NCBI GenBank assembly: GCA_016618085.1
Contig: JABLTG010000001.1
Coordinates: 124,001-188,000 of the forward strand
Length of the DNA: 64,000 nucleotides
Source: Neovahlkampfia damariscottae
Lineage: Eukaryota
Direction of reading: 5' to 3'
The translations under genes were made by a program, and so were the position numbers. The notes beneath the pieces were generated by a model, which was not told where the DNA came from, did not search any database, and saw only the letters and a program-made list of their open reading frames with translations. Shown here in pieces: positions 23,729 through 35,682 of the stretch (positions are counted from its first letter, which is position 1; every line of letters starts with the position of its first letter).

Positions 23729-23801
23729 CTCCTCCACTTGGGTTCGAACCAAGGACCTGTAGGTTAACAGCCTAACGCGCTACCGACTGCGCCATGGAGG
23801 A
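23729..23801 (-). tRNA. tRNA-Asn (GTT)
   Basis: TCCTCCATGGCGCAGTCGGTAGCGCGTTAGGCTGTTAACCTACAGGTCCTTGGTTCGAACCCAAGTGGAGGAG folds as a cloverleaf with anticodon GTT and GTTCGAA T-loop; followed by an oligo-T Pol III terminator. Confidence 0.96.
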
Positions 23802-23934
23802 TCTGTTGTTATTGTAAGTAACAACAAAATAACAATACTGTATGCTACTCCAAATAAATCTCTTTTTTTTTTCTTAGTTGTTTTGTGATTTGCTAGTTTA
23901 ATTTAGACCAATCATTTGTCAAACCAGTTGAGGG

Positions 23935-26320
23935 ATGAGAATTGTTGAGTAATCATCTGTTTTTTTAATTTTAAGACTAGCAACATGCAATTTAAATCAA
24001 TGGGCTATGGATTTCACAGGAAATTTACAAAGAATTATTGAATCCATTAAGATTGCCAAGAAACAAGGAGCAAAATATAGATTAGGACCAGAATTAGAGA
24101 TCAGTGGCTATGGTTGTGAAGATCACTATTTAGAAAGTGATACATACGACCACTCATGGCAAAGTTTTATTTTGAAATTTCTAAAAAAAAAAAAGGTATT
24201 GTTAAACTTATCAAAAGTGGAGTCACTGTAAGGATGTTTTTTTTTAACTAAATTTTAGAATGGTATTCTTTGTGATATTGGTATGCCAGTTGTTTTTAAG
24301 ACAGTTCGTTACAACTGCAGAGTTTTTATATTGAATGGTAAAATTTTATTAATCAGACCAAAGTTGTATCTTGCAAATGATGGTATCTAAATATTTGTAA
24401 TTGAAAATTTAGGTAATTATCGTGAAACACGGTGGTTTACTTCATGGAAAAATCAACAAAAAATTGAAACTTTTTATCTCCCACGCAAAAGTTTGTTTTA
24501 TTTTTTTTTATCAACAAATTCAATAGTTTCTTGTCTTGCAGGTCAAAAAACTTGTCAATTTGGAGATGCAGTTATTCAATTAAATGATACATCACTTGCT
24601 GCAGAGACTTGTGAAGAATTATTCACACCTGACTCACCACATATTAAACTAGGTTTAGATGGAGTTGAAATTATCACAAATGGATCTGGTTCACATCATC
24701 AACTTCGTAAGTTAAATACAAGAGTTGACTTGATGAAATCTGCGACAACAAAACTTGGAGGTGCTTATTTATATAGTAACCAACAAGGATGTGACGGTGG
24801 AAGATGTTACTATGATGGGTGTGCTATGATCTGGAATAATGGAAATTTATTAGCACAAGGTTCACAATTTTCTTTAAAAGATGTTGAAGTCATTACAGCT
24901 TCTGTTGATTTAGATGAAATTGCAAATTACAGAAATATTTGTTCTTCAAGAGGTGTACAATCAAGTTACACTATCGCTTATCCAAGAATTGAAGTAGACT
25001 TCAATTTATCATCTGGAAACCTTCATCCAAAGTAAAAAAAAAAAAATTGACAAACAAAAAACTTTATTCAAGGTTAAAATTAACAAAACCAAGAAAAATA
25101 GAATATCTTTCACCTGAAGAAGAAATTGCTCTTGGTCCTGCATCTTGGTAATTTTTTTTTTTTTTTTAACACAAACTTTATTAAGGTTATGGGATTATCT
25201 CAGAAGATCTGGTATGGGTGGTTATTTTCTTCCTTTATCAGGTGGCGCAGATTCAGGAGCTACAGCTGCAATTGTTGGAAGCATGACTATTATGGTTCAC
25301 AGAGAATGTCAAGAAGGAAATCCAATTGTGTTAAAAGACATCAGAAGAATTTGTAATCAAAAAGATGACTGGGTACCAAAAAGTCCACAAGAAATTGCAG
25401 GTTATTTATTTCATACAACTTATATGGGAACTGTGAACTCCAGTGATGAAACAAGAAGTCGTGCAAAAAGTTTAGCTTCTGAAATTGGAGCATTTCATTA
25501 TGACGTTAATATTGATATTGTAGTTGATGCTTTAGTTAAAGTATTTGTTGATACAACTCAAAAAACACCAAACTTTAAAGTTAATGGAGGAGGATGGCTT
25601 GAAGATTTAGCATTACAAAATATTCAAGCTAGAATTAGAATGGTTTTGTCATACTTTTTTGCTCAAACATTAGGTTGGGTTCGTGGTCTTGGAAATAACA
25701 AACAATTATTAGTTTTAGGTTCTGCAAACGTTGATGAAGGTTTGAAAAAAAAAAAATTAAACAAGATAATTTCAGCATTGAGAGGTTATTATACAAAATA
25801 TGATTGTAGTGCTGCTGATCTTAATCCAATTGGATCTATTTGTAAAATCGATTTGAAAAGATTTCTTTCATGGGGTTCCACAAATCTTGGTTACAAAACA
25901 TTAGGTGAAATTGTCAAATCAAAAGCAACCGCAGAATTAAGACCAAAAGGTACCAAACAAGTTTCAGAAGATGATATGGGCATGTCATTTGAAGAATTAA
26001 GACACTATGGTACATTACGTAAAATGTTTGGTTGTGGACCTGTTTCAATGTTTAATAGATTAGTTCATGAATGGAATGACATTCCTGTTGGAACTGTTGC
26101 TGAAAAAGTGAAATTATTCTTCAAAACCTATTCTATCAATAGACATAAAATGACAACTTTAACACCAAGTTATCATGCAGAATCATACTCACCTGATGAT
26201 AATAGATTTGATTTAAGACAATTCTTGTATAACATTTCATGGGATCATCAATTTAAGAAAATCGATCAATATGTCAAAGACTATGAAAAAGAATTGGAAA
26301 TTATGAAAAATGAAAAATAA
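23935..26320 (+). CDS. NADSYN1: Glutamine-dependent NAD(+) synthetase, multi-exon
   Basis: [53 protein letters not shown]. Confidence 0.96.
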
Positions 26321-26325
26321 ATTGT

Positions 26326-28064
26326 TTATAATTTTGATTTATTCATTCTAATTGCCTGACGAACACCTAAATCAAGCATGATTTCTTCTGAACCTCCTAA
26401 AATGGATAATGATCTTGATTCTCTGTAAATTCTTTCAACTTTTTCACCTTGTCCTCCACGAGTGTATCCAAGACCTCCAAATATTTGGACAGCTGAAAAA
26501 ATTAAATTTTTTTTTTTCATAATTTTTTACCTTCTCTTGCACAGAATTCTAAAACTGTAGTTGCTTGTACTTTTAAAAGAGCTAATGAACCACCTAACTT
26601 CATATTTCCTTCTAAATGAGACATTTTACACATTTGATAAGTTAATTGTTCTGTCCAAGCTTGGCAAGCTTCAATTTGTCTAATCATATTTCCTAATTTT
26701 GCTCGAATAACTAATTTCTTTTTCAAAAGTTTTCTTTTTTTACCTTGATGTTCAATCAATTTTTTTCCAAAAGTTTTTCTTTTGTTTGCGTAATGAAAAG
26801 ATTCTTCATAACAAATTCTCGCCAAACGAACAGTTTCAACAATAATAATGAAACGTTCATGATTAAAGTTATACATGATATATTTGAAACCTTGATTTTC
26901 TTTTCCAATTAAATTTTCAACAGGTACTTTAACATTGTCAAAACTAAATTGTGAAAAAAAAAAAAAAAAGTACGTGACATAAGCTGTTCCAGCAGCCCAT
27001 AAACCCATACATTTGATATGTCTTGTTTTAACTCCTGGTCCTCTTTCAACGACTAACATTGAAATTCCACCCATACCTTTTTTTCCTGTGCGAACAGCAA
27101 CAGTGAAATAATCAGCAAATGTACCTTTATCAAAATTTATATATATGTATAAAAATACCTGATGTTATCCATTTCTTTTCACCATTTACAATGTAATGTT
27201 TTCCGTCTGGTGTTAATTCAGCAGTACATTGAATATTTGCAACATCTGAACCTGCAGTTGGTTCTGTGATTGCTAAACAAATGATTTTCTTTCCTTTAAC
27301 AACGTTTTCAACATACTTATCTTTTAAAGTTTCTGAACCAAAATGTAACAAAGGTGGAAGACCTAAACCAATACCTTCACCTAAAATTGAAGCACCTGAA
27401 GTTGAACCACATCTCATTAATTCATCTAATAAAATATATTCATGAAAATAATCCCATTCTTCTGGTTTAACACCTCCAGCAATTTTAGTTCCTGCATATT
27501 TTGTTGGCCAACAACCTGAAGACCCTGGATAAAGACCAGCTTCATATCCTTTTTGATGTAAATCTTTTGGAAATTTTAAAGTTTCATCCCATTCATGACA
27601 GAACTAAAAAAGTGTTAATTTTTTTTTTTTTTTTTTTGCACTGGTGTGATGTGTTTTTCAACGAATTCACGACAAGCAACACGAAATCTACGATGTGAAT
27701 CGTTGAAGTATGTTGTATGATGACCTTGATACCAAGCAGGATCGACATAAGGAGTTAAATCTCCAAAGTATTTTGGATTTTGATGTTTTCCACCTGAAAG
27801 GAGTGAACTTACACCTGGTTTTGATTCTCCTTCAATTTCTCCAATACATAATTTTTCAGTGTATTTGTCAAGAACTGATTTTTTATGAAAAGCGTCGAAT
27901 TCTTTAGTAGCATCTTGTCCAGCTACGTTTAAAAGAATTCCTTTTCCTCCTGGATGGAACATAGCAAATTTAGTAATGTCATAGACTTTTCCATCGATGA
28001 TTATCCATGCATCTGTTTTACTATTATGTTCTCCTACTTCTTCTCTTGTAAAAGTTTTGGACAT
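26326..28064 (-). CDS. Cytochrome b5-fused acyl-CoA dehydrogenase, multi-exon
   Basis: N-terminal b5 domain (HPGG); ACAD motifs CLAITEPTAGSDVA, NGEKKWIT, QIFGGLGY, ILGGSEEI. Confidence 0.93.
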
Positions 28065-28685
28065 TCTGATTGGTTGTAGAAAATGATTGGTTAACAGTTT
28101 ATGTGAAAATTGTTTACACAAACAATCATGAAGTGCACTGATCATTGGTGGTATCACATGCATTGTTTTGAACAAGAAAAAGGTATAACATCATGTACTC
28201 TGGAATTCATTAAACATAGAATTTTACCTGAAATAGTTGAAGCTCATTTTAAAAGTGAAATTAATTCCGTCTTCTTGATCTTGCAATTTAATTTCATGTT
28301 GAGTTTGTGTCTCATGTAATTGTTTTTTAAGTTCATTAATATGTGTTAATTCAATTGAACTCCATTTGAAAAAGCTGTAGGAAGTCAACTTTTTCAAAAA
28401 AATCAGACTGAAGAAAACAGTTATCATTGATGGATAAAACGAAAAATCTCATAAAATAAAGGATATATAAACCAAAAGAGAGACTGGAAAGAAATGAAAC
28501 CAAAATCTGTTCTGATCTCAAAAAAGACACAAATTGATTGTTCCTATTGAATTTATTCAAAGACACATTGCTTGAAAAATTTAATTGGAATCAAAAATAA
28601 ATTTTTCTGAAAAAGACTTTGACTTTATGACCATTGAACTCAACCAATAAAAATGTCCGAAAACTAAAAATAAATTCAAACAAAA

Positions 28686-30581
28686 ATGCAAGGACTGAAG
28701 CAAGTGAGTAGTTTTGGTGTTACAACATCACACACAAAGAATATACTTCCTTCTGTAAATAATAAAATCTACCAAATTGATGCTCCTATCGGTCCAACTG
28801 TTGTTACATGGGACATTAAAGAAAAAAGAAGAGTAAATTTTTTACATGCTCATGAACATATTGTTACTTCAATGGAGAGATCACCAAATGATGAGTATAT
28901 TTCAACTACTTGTTTTGGAGGTGTTTTAAAAATTTGGAATAATGAATGGAAAGAAATGTCAGATTCTCTTCAAATTTTGAAAGGAAGTATATCATTCTCT
29001 CACTGGTCTAGAGATGGAAATTTTATATTGACCTTGTCCAGAAGCACTGGAACTTTATCTTTGATAAGTGTTGAAAAGTCAAAAAATGGAAGGTTACATT
29101 TAAAATTGGAAGGAACAAAAATTGGAAATTACACTTCTGCATCATTTACAAAATCAGGAAATATACTCACTATTGAAGAGTATTCAATAAATTCGAAAAT
29201 GATTTCAATGGCAACTCTCACAGATAAGAAATTTAAATTAATACAACAAAAAGAAATTCTCCAACAACAAAAAATTTATATGCTCGGAAATGATGAAAAT
29301 CATTCAATTTTTGCTTTGAAACCTGAAATTAATGATCAAAAACTTATGTTGTTGGATGCAGAAAATTTGACAATTTTATGTGAGATAAATGCGAATATTA
29401 AAGTGAAAACTGTTTTGTTCAATGAAGATTTTTTTTACATTTCAAATAATTCAAATACTATACAATGTTATAGTATCGATGGAAAATTTATCAAAGAATA
29501 CAAAATTCCAAAGTTATCCATTAGAACATTGGTTTGGTCATGCAAGAAGGAGAAGATGATTTGGATTGTTGCTGAGGAAGGATTGAAACATTTTAGGTTA
29601 GATTCATACGAAGATACAGTTTTATCTGTCTCATTACATTCATTAACTTGTTGTGGTGTTGATATTTCGGAAAATGGAAAATATTTGGTATCAGGTGATT
29701 TCAAAGGAAATGTAATTCTTTGGGATATTGTAAACCATCATTCAATAAAAGAAATACAACTAAAATCTGCTATTAGGTGTCTAAGATGGAAAAGAAATTC
29801 TAATTGGATTCAAATAGGTTGTCTAGATGGAAGTATCTTGAATTGGAACATTGAAAATGACAAATTACAAAAAATTTTAAAAATAAGAAGTAAAATTATT
29901 TGTATGGATTGGGAGAATAGTGAAAATCCATCAAGATTGGCTATTGGTACTAAAGATGGACATTTAATCATTCTTCAAGAAAACCAAAATATTTTCAAAA
30001 AAGTATTAAATAAAGTATCACATCCTCCGATAAAAGGTGGTGAGAAAAATGGTAGATTCGGTACAATTGGGATGTATTCAGAAGTTTGGTCTCTCAAATG
30101 GTCTCCAAATAATAATTTCATAGCTACATCATCAGAAGATCAAACGACAAAAATATGGAACCTCAAAGGGGAATTAATTCAAACTTTGAGTGGTCACACA
30201 ACTGCAGTAACAAGTGTAGATTGGAGTTTAAGTTCTAATGGTGAAATATTAGTCACATGTGCAGATGACAAGAGAATCATGATTTGGAATGTTTCAAGTT
30301 GGGAATTACATCATGAATTCAATACATATCATATTGAAGGATGGCACACATTGACATATTTAGCATTAGATAAATCAGGTGATCAATTGATTACAACTAC
30401 ACAAAATGGTTATTTGGTTATTTGGTGTTTAAAAACGAAGAAAGAAATCTTCCAAGCAAAAATTCATTCTGGATCGATTGAAGGATTGAAATGGAATCAT
30501 AATTCAAGTTTAATCGGTACAGTATCATCAGATTGTACAATTAATGTCTTTGACTCAACCAATTTAATTTCCAATTTTTGA
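28686..30581 (+). CDS. WD40-repeat protein (631 aa)
   Basis: Multiple GH...WD/WN repeats in one ORF. Confidence 0.9.
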   Translation: MQGLKQVSSFGVTTSHTKNILPSVNNKIYQIDAPIGPTVVTWDIKEKRRVNFLHAHEHIVTSMERSPNDEYISTTCFGGVLKIWNNEWKEMSDSLQILKGSISFSHWSRDGNFILTLSRSTGTLSLISVEKSKNGRLHLKLEGTKIGNYTSASFTKSGNILTIEEYSINSKMISMATLTDKKFKLIQQKEILQQQKIYMLGNDENHSIFALKPEINDQKLMLLDAENLTILCEINANIKVKTVLFNEDFFYISNNSNTIQCYSIDGKFIKEYKIPKLSIRTLVWSCKKEKMIWIVAEEGLKHFRLDSYEDTVLSVSLHSLTCCGVDISENGKYLVSGDFKGNVILWDIVNHHSIKEIQLKSAIRCLRWKRNSNWIQIGCLDGSILNWNIENDKLQKILKIRSKIICMDWENSENPSRLAIGTKDGHLIILQENQNIFKKVLNKVSHPPIKGGEKNGRFGTIGMYSEVWSLKWSPNNNFIATSSEDQTTKIWNLKGELIQTLSGHTTAVTSVDWSLSSNGEILVTCADDKRIMIWNVSSWELHHEFNTYHIEGWHTLTYLALDKSGDQLITTTQNGYLVIWCLKTKKEIFQAKIHSGSIEGLKWNHNSSLIGTVSSDCTINVFDSTNLISNF

Positions 30582-30634
30582 ATAAAAATTGAACCAAGAA
30601 TAATTCCGCCAATCATCTCTTTCGTTAATTCATC

Positions 30635-31372
30635 ATGTCCACGGAGGAAAATGAAGACAAATTTTACAAATTCACAAACGAAGAACTGTTTTGGAAAATG
30701 AAAGAAGCAGAATATTTATGCCAAAGTTTATCACAAAAAATGAAAGAATGTTCAAAAACTAATTCTTCTTTTTCCAAAAGTGCTTGTGAAAATTTTGAAA
30801 AAAAATTACCAACTTGTATGATGTCAGTATTAAGTTCAACATTAAAAAAATGTCTTGCTTCAGTTGATATTCAATCAACTTCAATATTACCTTCAGAAAT
30901 GAGACGAGTTGAAATTTGTATGCATGATGAGAAGGTTAAATCAATTTTTGAAAAATGGAGTGAAAGAATTTCATCAACAGAAATGCAAAATCCAAAAAAT
31001 TTTTATCAACATGAAAATTTAACCCAATTGGATGATTCTTATTCTATTGAAGAATCAGACACAAATAAAAAGATAAAAGAACGTTTTACTAGAATCAAAA
31101 AGGACTCACTTTGTGATTTACAACAAAGAAACGTGAAAAAATGTTGGGAAAAAATGCAAAATGATTTTAATGAAACTTGTTTCAAAGAAGATTCAGAATG
31201 TTATAATTGTGAAGTGAGTGTTTTATGTGGAAAACCGATAAGAGAATGCATGGAGAAAAACAAAGATTTAGGCGATTATGCTTATCCTGTTTGTTTGGAT
31301 GCCACAACATTGAACGTTCAAAAATGTGTTGAAAAATTTCAAAATTTTTTAAGCAACGATCCTCAACAATAG
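30635..31372 (+). CDS. Cys-rich protein with two twin-CX9C-like modules
   Basis: CQSLSQKMKEC / CENFEKKLPTC and CDLQQRNVKKC / CFKEDSECYNC. Confidence 0.7.
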   Translation: MSTEENEDKFYKFTNEELFWKMKEAEYLCQSLSQKMKECSKTNSSFSKSACENFEKKLPTCMMSVLSSTLKKCLASVDIQSTSILPSEMRRVEICMHDEKVKSIFEKWSERISSTEMQNPKNFYQHENLTQLDDSYSIEESDTNKKIKERFTRIKKDSLCDLQQRNVKKCWEKMQNDFNETCFKEDSECYNCEVSVLCGKPIRECMEKNKDLGDYAYPVCLDATTLNVQKCVEKFQNFLSNDPQQ

Positions 31373-31422
31373 ATATTTCAAAAAAATGAAAAATAATAAA
31401 ATAACGTTAGTATTTTTAATAT

Positions 31423-31428
31423 CCAATC
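31423..31428 (+). promoter_or_regulatory. CCAATC start-proximal motif (representative copy)
   Basis: ATCCAATCAAAATG; the same motif lies shortly upstream of at least 12 start codons in the window. Confidence 0.7.
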
Positions 31429-31431
31429 AAA

Positions 31432-32858
31432 ATGACGGATTATTTTCCTGAACTTTTTGCAACAACATTTGAAGAAATTGAACAAAAAACAAAAGAGTCA
31501 AAAAAGAACAGATTGACACAAAATAGTAATAGATATTTAAAAGTTTCTTCAAATAAATTATCAGTGTCTCATCTTTCTGCTTCTCCACTTCAAACAGACG
31601 CAGTTTGGAAAAAAAATAAACTTAAAAATTTAGAGCATTCAATCAATTGACCCTTTTTATAATTTTCAATATGTTGGTTATTTTGAAATATATGTTGAAG
31701 AAACAAATGGAAATGGAGGAGCTGCAATTGGATTAGCATTGAAAAATTATCCAACTAATAAACAACCAGGTTTGGAAATTTGAAAATATTTAAAAGTTGT
31801 ATTAGGTTGGTTAGATGGTTCTTATGGATATCATGGTGATGATGGAAATAAATTTCACAATTCAAGTTCTCCAGGTTTGAAAAAAGAAATTAATTTTTTT
31901 TTTCTTAATAGGAAAATCATATGGTCCAGTATTTGGAGTTGGAGATACAATAGGTTGTGGTTATATATTCAGAACACGTGAAATATTTTTCACAAAAAAC
32001 GGAAAATTTTTAGGAATTGCTTTCAAAGCTCATAAAGACAGAGTTTTGTATCCAACTATAGGTTTAGATCATAGTTTTGGTAATTTAATGATTTTTTTAA
32101 TCTTTTAAAGTTCATATAAATTTTGGTGAAAATGATTTTGAATTCAAAATTGGAGATTTAATTGAAGTATTACAAAAAAAAAAATCAAAACTAATTTTGA
32201 AAAAAAGGATGAAAAAAAAAAAGAATTTGAAGATGTTGATACTTATAAATTGGAAAATGAAGGAATTAGAAAATTAGTTGTTTCCTATTTGATACATCAA
32301 GGTTATAAAAACACAGTAAAAATATTAGACGAAAAAAACAGTCAATATGAATTAGAATTCAGATTTGGTAACTAAAAATAACTTTATTAACATCTAATAA
32401 AGAAATTAAAAGACTCATCTTGAAAGGTAAAATTGAAGAAACTTTAGATTTGTTAAATCAAAAATTTCCATTTTTTCTAAATTCAAAGAAAGAATCAAAA
32501 GCCATGTTGTATTATCAATTATTCATTGAATATATAAAGAGTGATGAATTACTTGTTGCTATTGAAGTAGCTCAAAACTATTTTGATGAATTTCAAAATT
32601 TTTCATCTGTTCCTGAAGTTTATGTAAATTTGAAATTCACACTAATTTTTTCAGGAAATTATAGGTTTATTAGCATATGAATCACCAAAAGATTCACCTT
32701 TATCATATTTATTGAATCAAGAACAACGAAAAAAAACAGTTGATTTCATAAATCAAGAAATTATTGAATATTTGGGTGGTGAAAAGAATTCTGCTTTAGA
32801 AAATTCATTAAGTGGATTAAGTGTTACATATAATCAATTAAAATTTTCAGGAAAATAA
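31432..32858 (+). CDS. RANBP9: RanBP9/RanBPM (GID1)-like SPRY-LisH-CTLH-CRA protein, multi-exon
   Basis: SPRY exons ([31 protein letters not shown]), LisH ([14 protein letters not shown]), CTLH. Confidence 0.8.
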
Positions 32859-32988
32859 AATATTTAAAACAACTATGCAGTCTATTTTTGGCATTTTCTT
32901 CTTAAATCGACCAATTGGTGATAAATACTGATTGGATTTTGATTGGTTAAAGCAATTTAGTTACAACAGTTACATTGAAACAATCATA

Positions 32989-33585
32989 ATGAAGTTAAAA
33001 TTATTTATTGTAGCACTTCTTTTACTCATCGTTTTTGCTTCTGCTCGCACTCATTATCTTGATGAAGACTATGAAGATGATTTGGAAAATCTTGAAGACT
33101 TTGAAGAACCTGAAGTCTTATCAGAAAAAACACTCAGAAAAGGAGGAAGCATAGGAGGAAGAACAGGTTACAGAACAGGTTACAGAACAGGTTACAGAAC
33201 AGGATATAGAACAACTTATAGAACAGGATACACAAGACCACGAAGATACGCTGGGACATATACATTCATCGGTTTTACTACATTAGCAACTGCTCCAACA
33301 GGTTATAGACAAATGACATGCAGATTGAAAACAAAAGTTTCAACTACACAAACAAGTTATATCAAAAGAACTTGTTATGTCAATGACACTACAGGAAAAT
33401 ACTATGTTAAAAAACAAACTTCATCATCAGCAAGTATGAATGCACAATATCAAGCTCAAGAAAAAAATATTGTACAAAGTGACACAGGTATTCAAGGACA
33501 ACTTCAAAGTTCTGGAGTTTCAGTTAAATTCAGTGTTATTTCAATGATTATGGGTCTTTTATTAACATTTGTTTTTATGGCTTAA
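32989..33585 (+). CDS. Secreted, possibly GPI-anchored protein with acidic pro-like segment and RTGY repeats
   Basis: Signal peptide MKLKLFIVALLLLIVFASA; D/E-rich stretch; (RTGY)n; C-terminal SSG plus hydrophobic tail. Confidence 0.8.
   Translation: MKLKLFIVALLLLIVFASARTHYLDEDYEDDLENLEDFEEPEVLSEKTLRKGGSIGGRTGYRTGYRTGYRTGYRTTYRTGYTRPRRYAGTYTFIGFTTLATAPTGYRQMTCRLKTKVSTTQTSYIKRTCYVNDTTGKYYVKKQTSSSASMNAQYQAQEKNIVQSDTGIQGQLQSSGVSVKFSVISMIMGLLLTFVFMA
33160..33234 (+). repeat. 12-bp coding tandem repeat (AGAACAGGTTAC)n, about 6 units
   Basis: Three perfect copies followed by degenerate copies. Confidence 0.9.
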
Positions 33586-33643
33586 AATAAAGTTTATTTT
33601 CCATAAAACTTGACTCTCTGGAGATTTTTTTGAATCACTTTGT

Positions 33644-34006
33644 ATGGTTATTAGGTGTTATTTTTCATTGATATGGCTTTGCTTAGTTAATTTTTTCGTC
33701 CAACCAATTTTTTGGATTTTGATGTTCGCCAGAACCTTGCTGTTTTTTGCTTCTTATGTGACAAACTGTTTTTTAATGATTGTGGGCTTTTTTATTTCTA
33801 CTACATACTTAAAACTAATACAACATCAAATTTCGTATAATTTACGCATTAGAGGTTGTTTAATTCGAATCCCAATTTTTTGTTATTTTATTACTGCCTT
33901 TGGACTTGTTTTTTATTACTTTAATACCAATACACCTGGCGGAATTATGATTTTTGAAGCCATATTATCGTTTGTTGGTGGTTTGTTGTTGGATTTTATT
34001 GAATGA
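33644..34006 (+). CDS. Small multi-pass membrane protein
   Basis: 120-aa ATG ORF with about 4 hydrophobic segments. Confidence 0.5.
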   Translation: MVIRCYFSLIWLCLVNFFVQPIFWILMFARTLLFFASYVTNCFLMIVGFFISTTYLKLIQHQISYNLRIRGCLIRIPIFCYFITAFGLVFYYFNTNTPGGIMIFEAILSFVGGLLLDFIE

Positions 34007-34348
34007 ATCAAAATTAAAAAAAAATACAATTGATGTTGAACTTTGTAAATGAAAATTAATTTTTCTGTCATGAATTTGAATGTTATCTGCATGAAATTGG
34101 ACTTTTTTGTTTTTCAAATTTTATTTTTTTCACTGAACACATTTTGTTGGATAAAAAAACTCCTAACGAATGAAAAGAATTTTTCCTAAATTGAATAAAT
34201 TGAAGAAAACAATCATTTTTTCAACAAATCTAGAGAATTTAATTCACACTTCGGCAAAACTTTCAAACCAATAAGAAAATTTTTGACGTTCGTTGTTAAT
34301 TGTCCAATCACCAACCTTCAACTTGAAACATCATCAAGAACAACAAGC

Positions 34349-35352
34349 ATGACAATAGAACAAAAGTATCATCATAAAGAACAACCTGTAGATTTTTATT
34401 TCAGTGAAGTTGGAGAACCACATGCCACAAGAAGAAAACAAATTTTAGCAGAATATCCAGAAATTGCTGATCTTCAAGGATATGATCCAAATACAAAATA
34501 TGAAGTTTTATTTTGGATGACAACACAATTTATGTTAGCTTATATTCTCAAAGACCAACCTTGGTCAATTTTACTTGCAGTTGGTTATATTTATGGAGGT
34601 GTAGCAGGTCATGCATTATTTTTAGCTATGCACGAAATATCACGTAAGTTTAAGAAAAGACTTAACTTGTAGACAACTTATTATTTGAAAAACCATATCA
34701 TAATCAACTTTTTGGTGTTTTTTGTAATACTACAACCATATTTCCACATTTTTCAATGTTTCAAAGATATCATCATGATCATCACATGCAACAAGGAGAT
34801 GTAATCGGTGATGTTGATATTCCTTCAAGATTTGAAGGTTTAATTTTTAGAAATGCTTTTACAAAAGCTATTTGGGTATTTTTACAACCAGTTTTTTATA
34901 TAACAAGACCATTGTTTGTTTCACCTAAAAAACCAAATTTTAATGATGCAGTTTGTTGGACAACTTGTTTTATTTCAAGTTGTTTGATTGGTTATTTCCT
35001 TGGAGCTAAATCAGTTGTTTACTTATTCGTTTCTGGTTTCTTTGGATCTGGTTTACATCCAGTTGCTGGTCATTTTATCGCTGAACATTATGTTTTTTCA
35101 GAAGGACAAGAAACTTATTCATATTATGGTATTTTAAACAAAGTAGCATTTAATGTTGGTTATCACAATGAACATCATGATTTTCCAAGAATTCCAGGTA
35201 GCAAATTACCTTTAGTTAAAAAAATTGCTGCTAAATACTATGATAATTTAGAACATCATGATTCTTGGGTTAAAGTTATGTGGGATTATATTACAGATCC
35301 AACAATGGGTCCATATTGTAGAGTTGTTCGTGATGCAAGAAAAAGAAAATAA
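34349..35352 (+). CDS. DEGS1: Sphingolipid delta(4)-desaturase, 2 exons
   Basis: EPHATRRKQIL; His boxes HEISH, YHHDHH, HNEHHDFP; intron ~34644-34672. Confidence 0.94.
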
Positions 35353-35682
35353 ATATTTTGTAGAACTGTTGAAAGTATTTGCTCACTTTTAATTTTAAAC
35401 GATAACAAGTTGCTGTTGAGTTGTCCCAACGCAAAACAACTTTTTGAATAATAAAGAGAAAAAGAATTGTGGAAGACAAATTATTTTTCATTCATCATCA
35501 ATTGGTTCTTAAAGTTTTTTTTACTTCTTCTTCAAACACAGTCCGAATATCATGGTGTTGACTTTATTCGAAAGATTAATTTTTTTTCGAGTTCGATTCC
35601 TTTGCATGAATTTCTTGTTGCTTATATTTTTCAACCATCTCGTTTTTGATTAGTCAAATACCCTCAGAACAGAAAAAAAAAA

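Noticed and set aside
28118..28633. Possible small spliced gene on the minus strand
   Set aside because: Fragments look partly coding, but I could not derive a unique consistent exon structure or family.
33160..33234. Possible CRISPR-like array
   Set aside because: Head-to-tail 12-bp coding repeat with no spacers, in a eukaryotic context.
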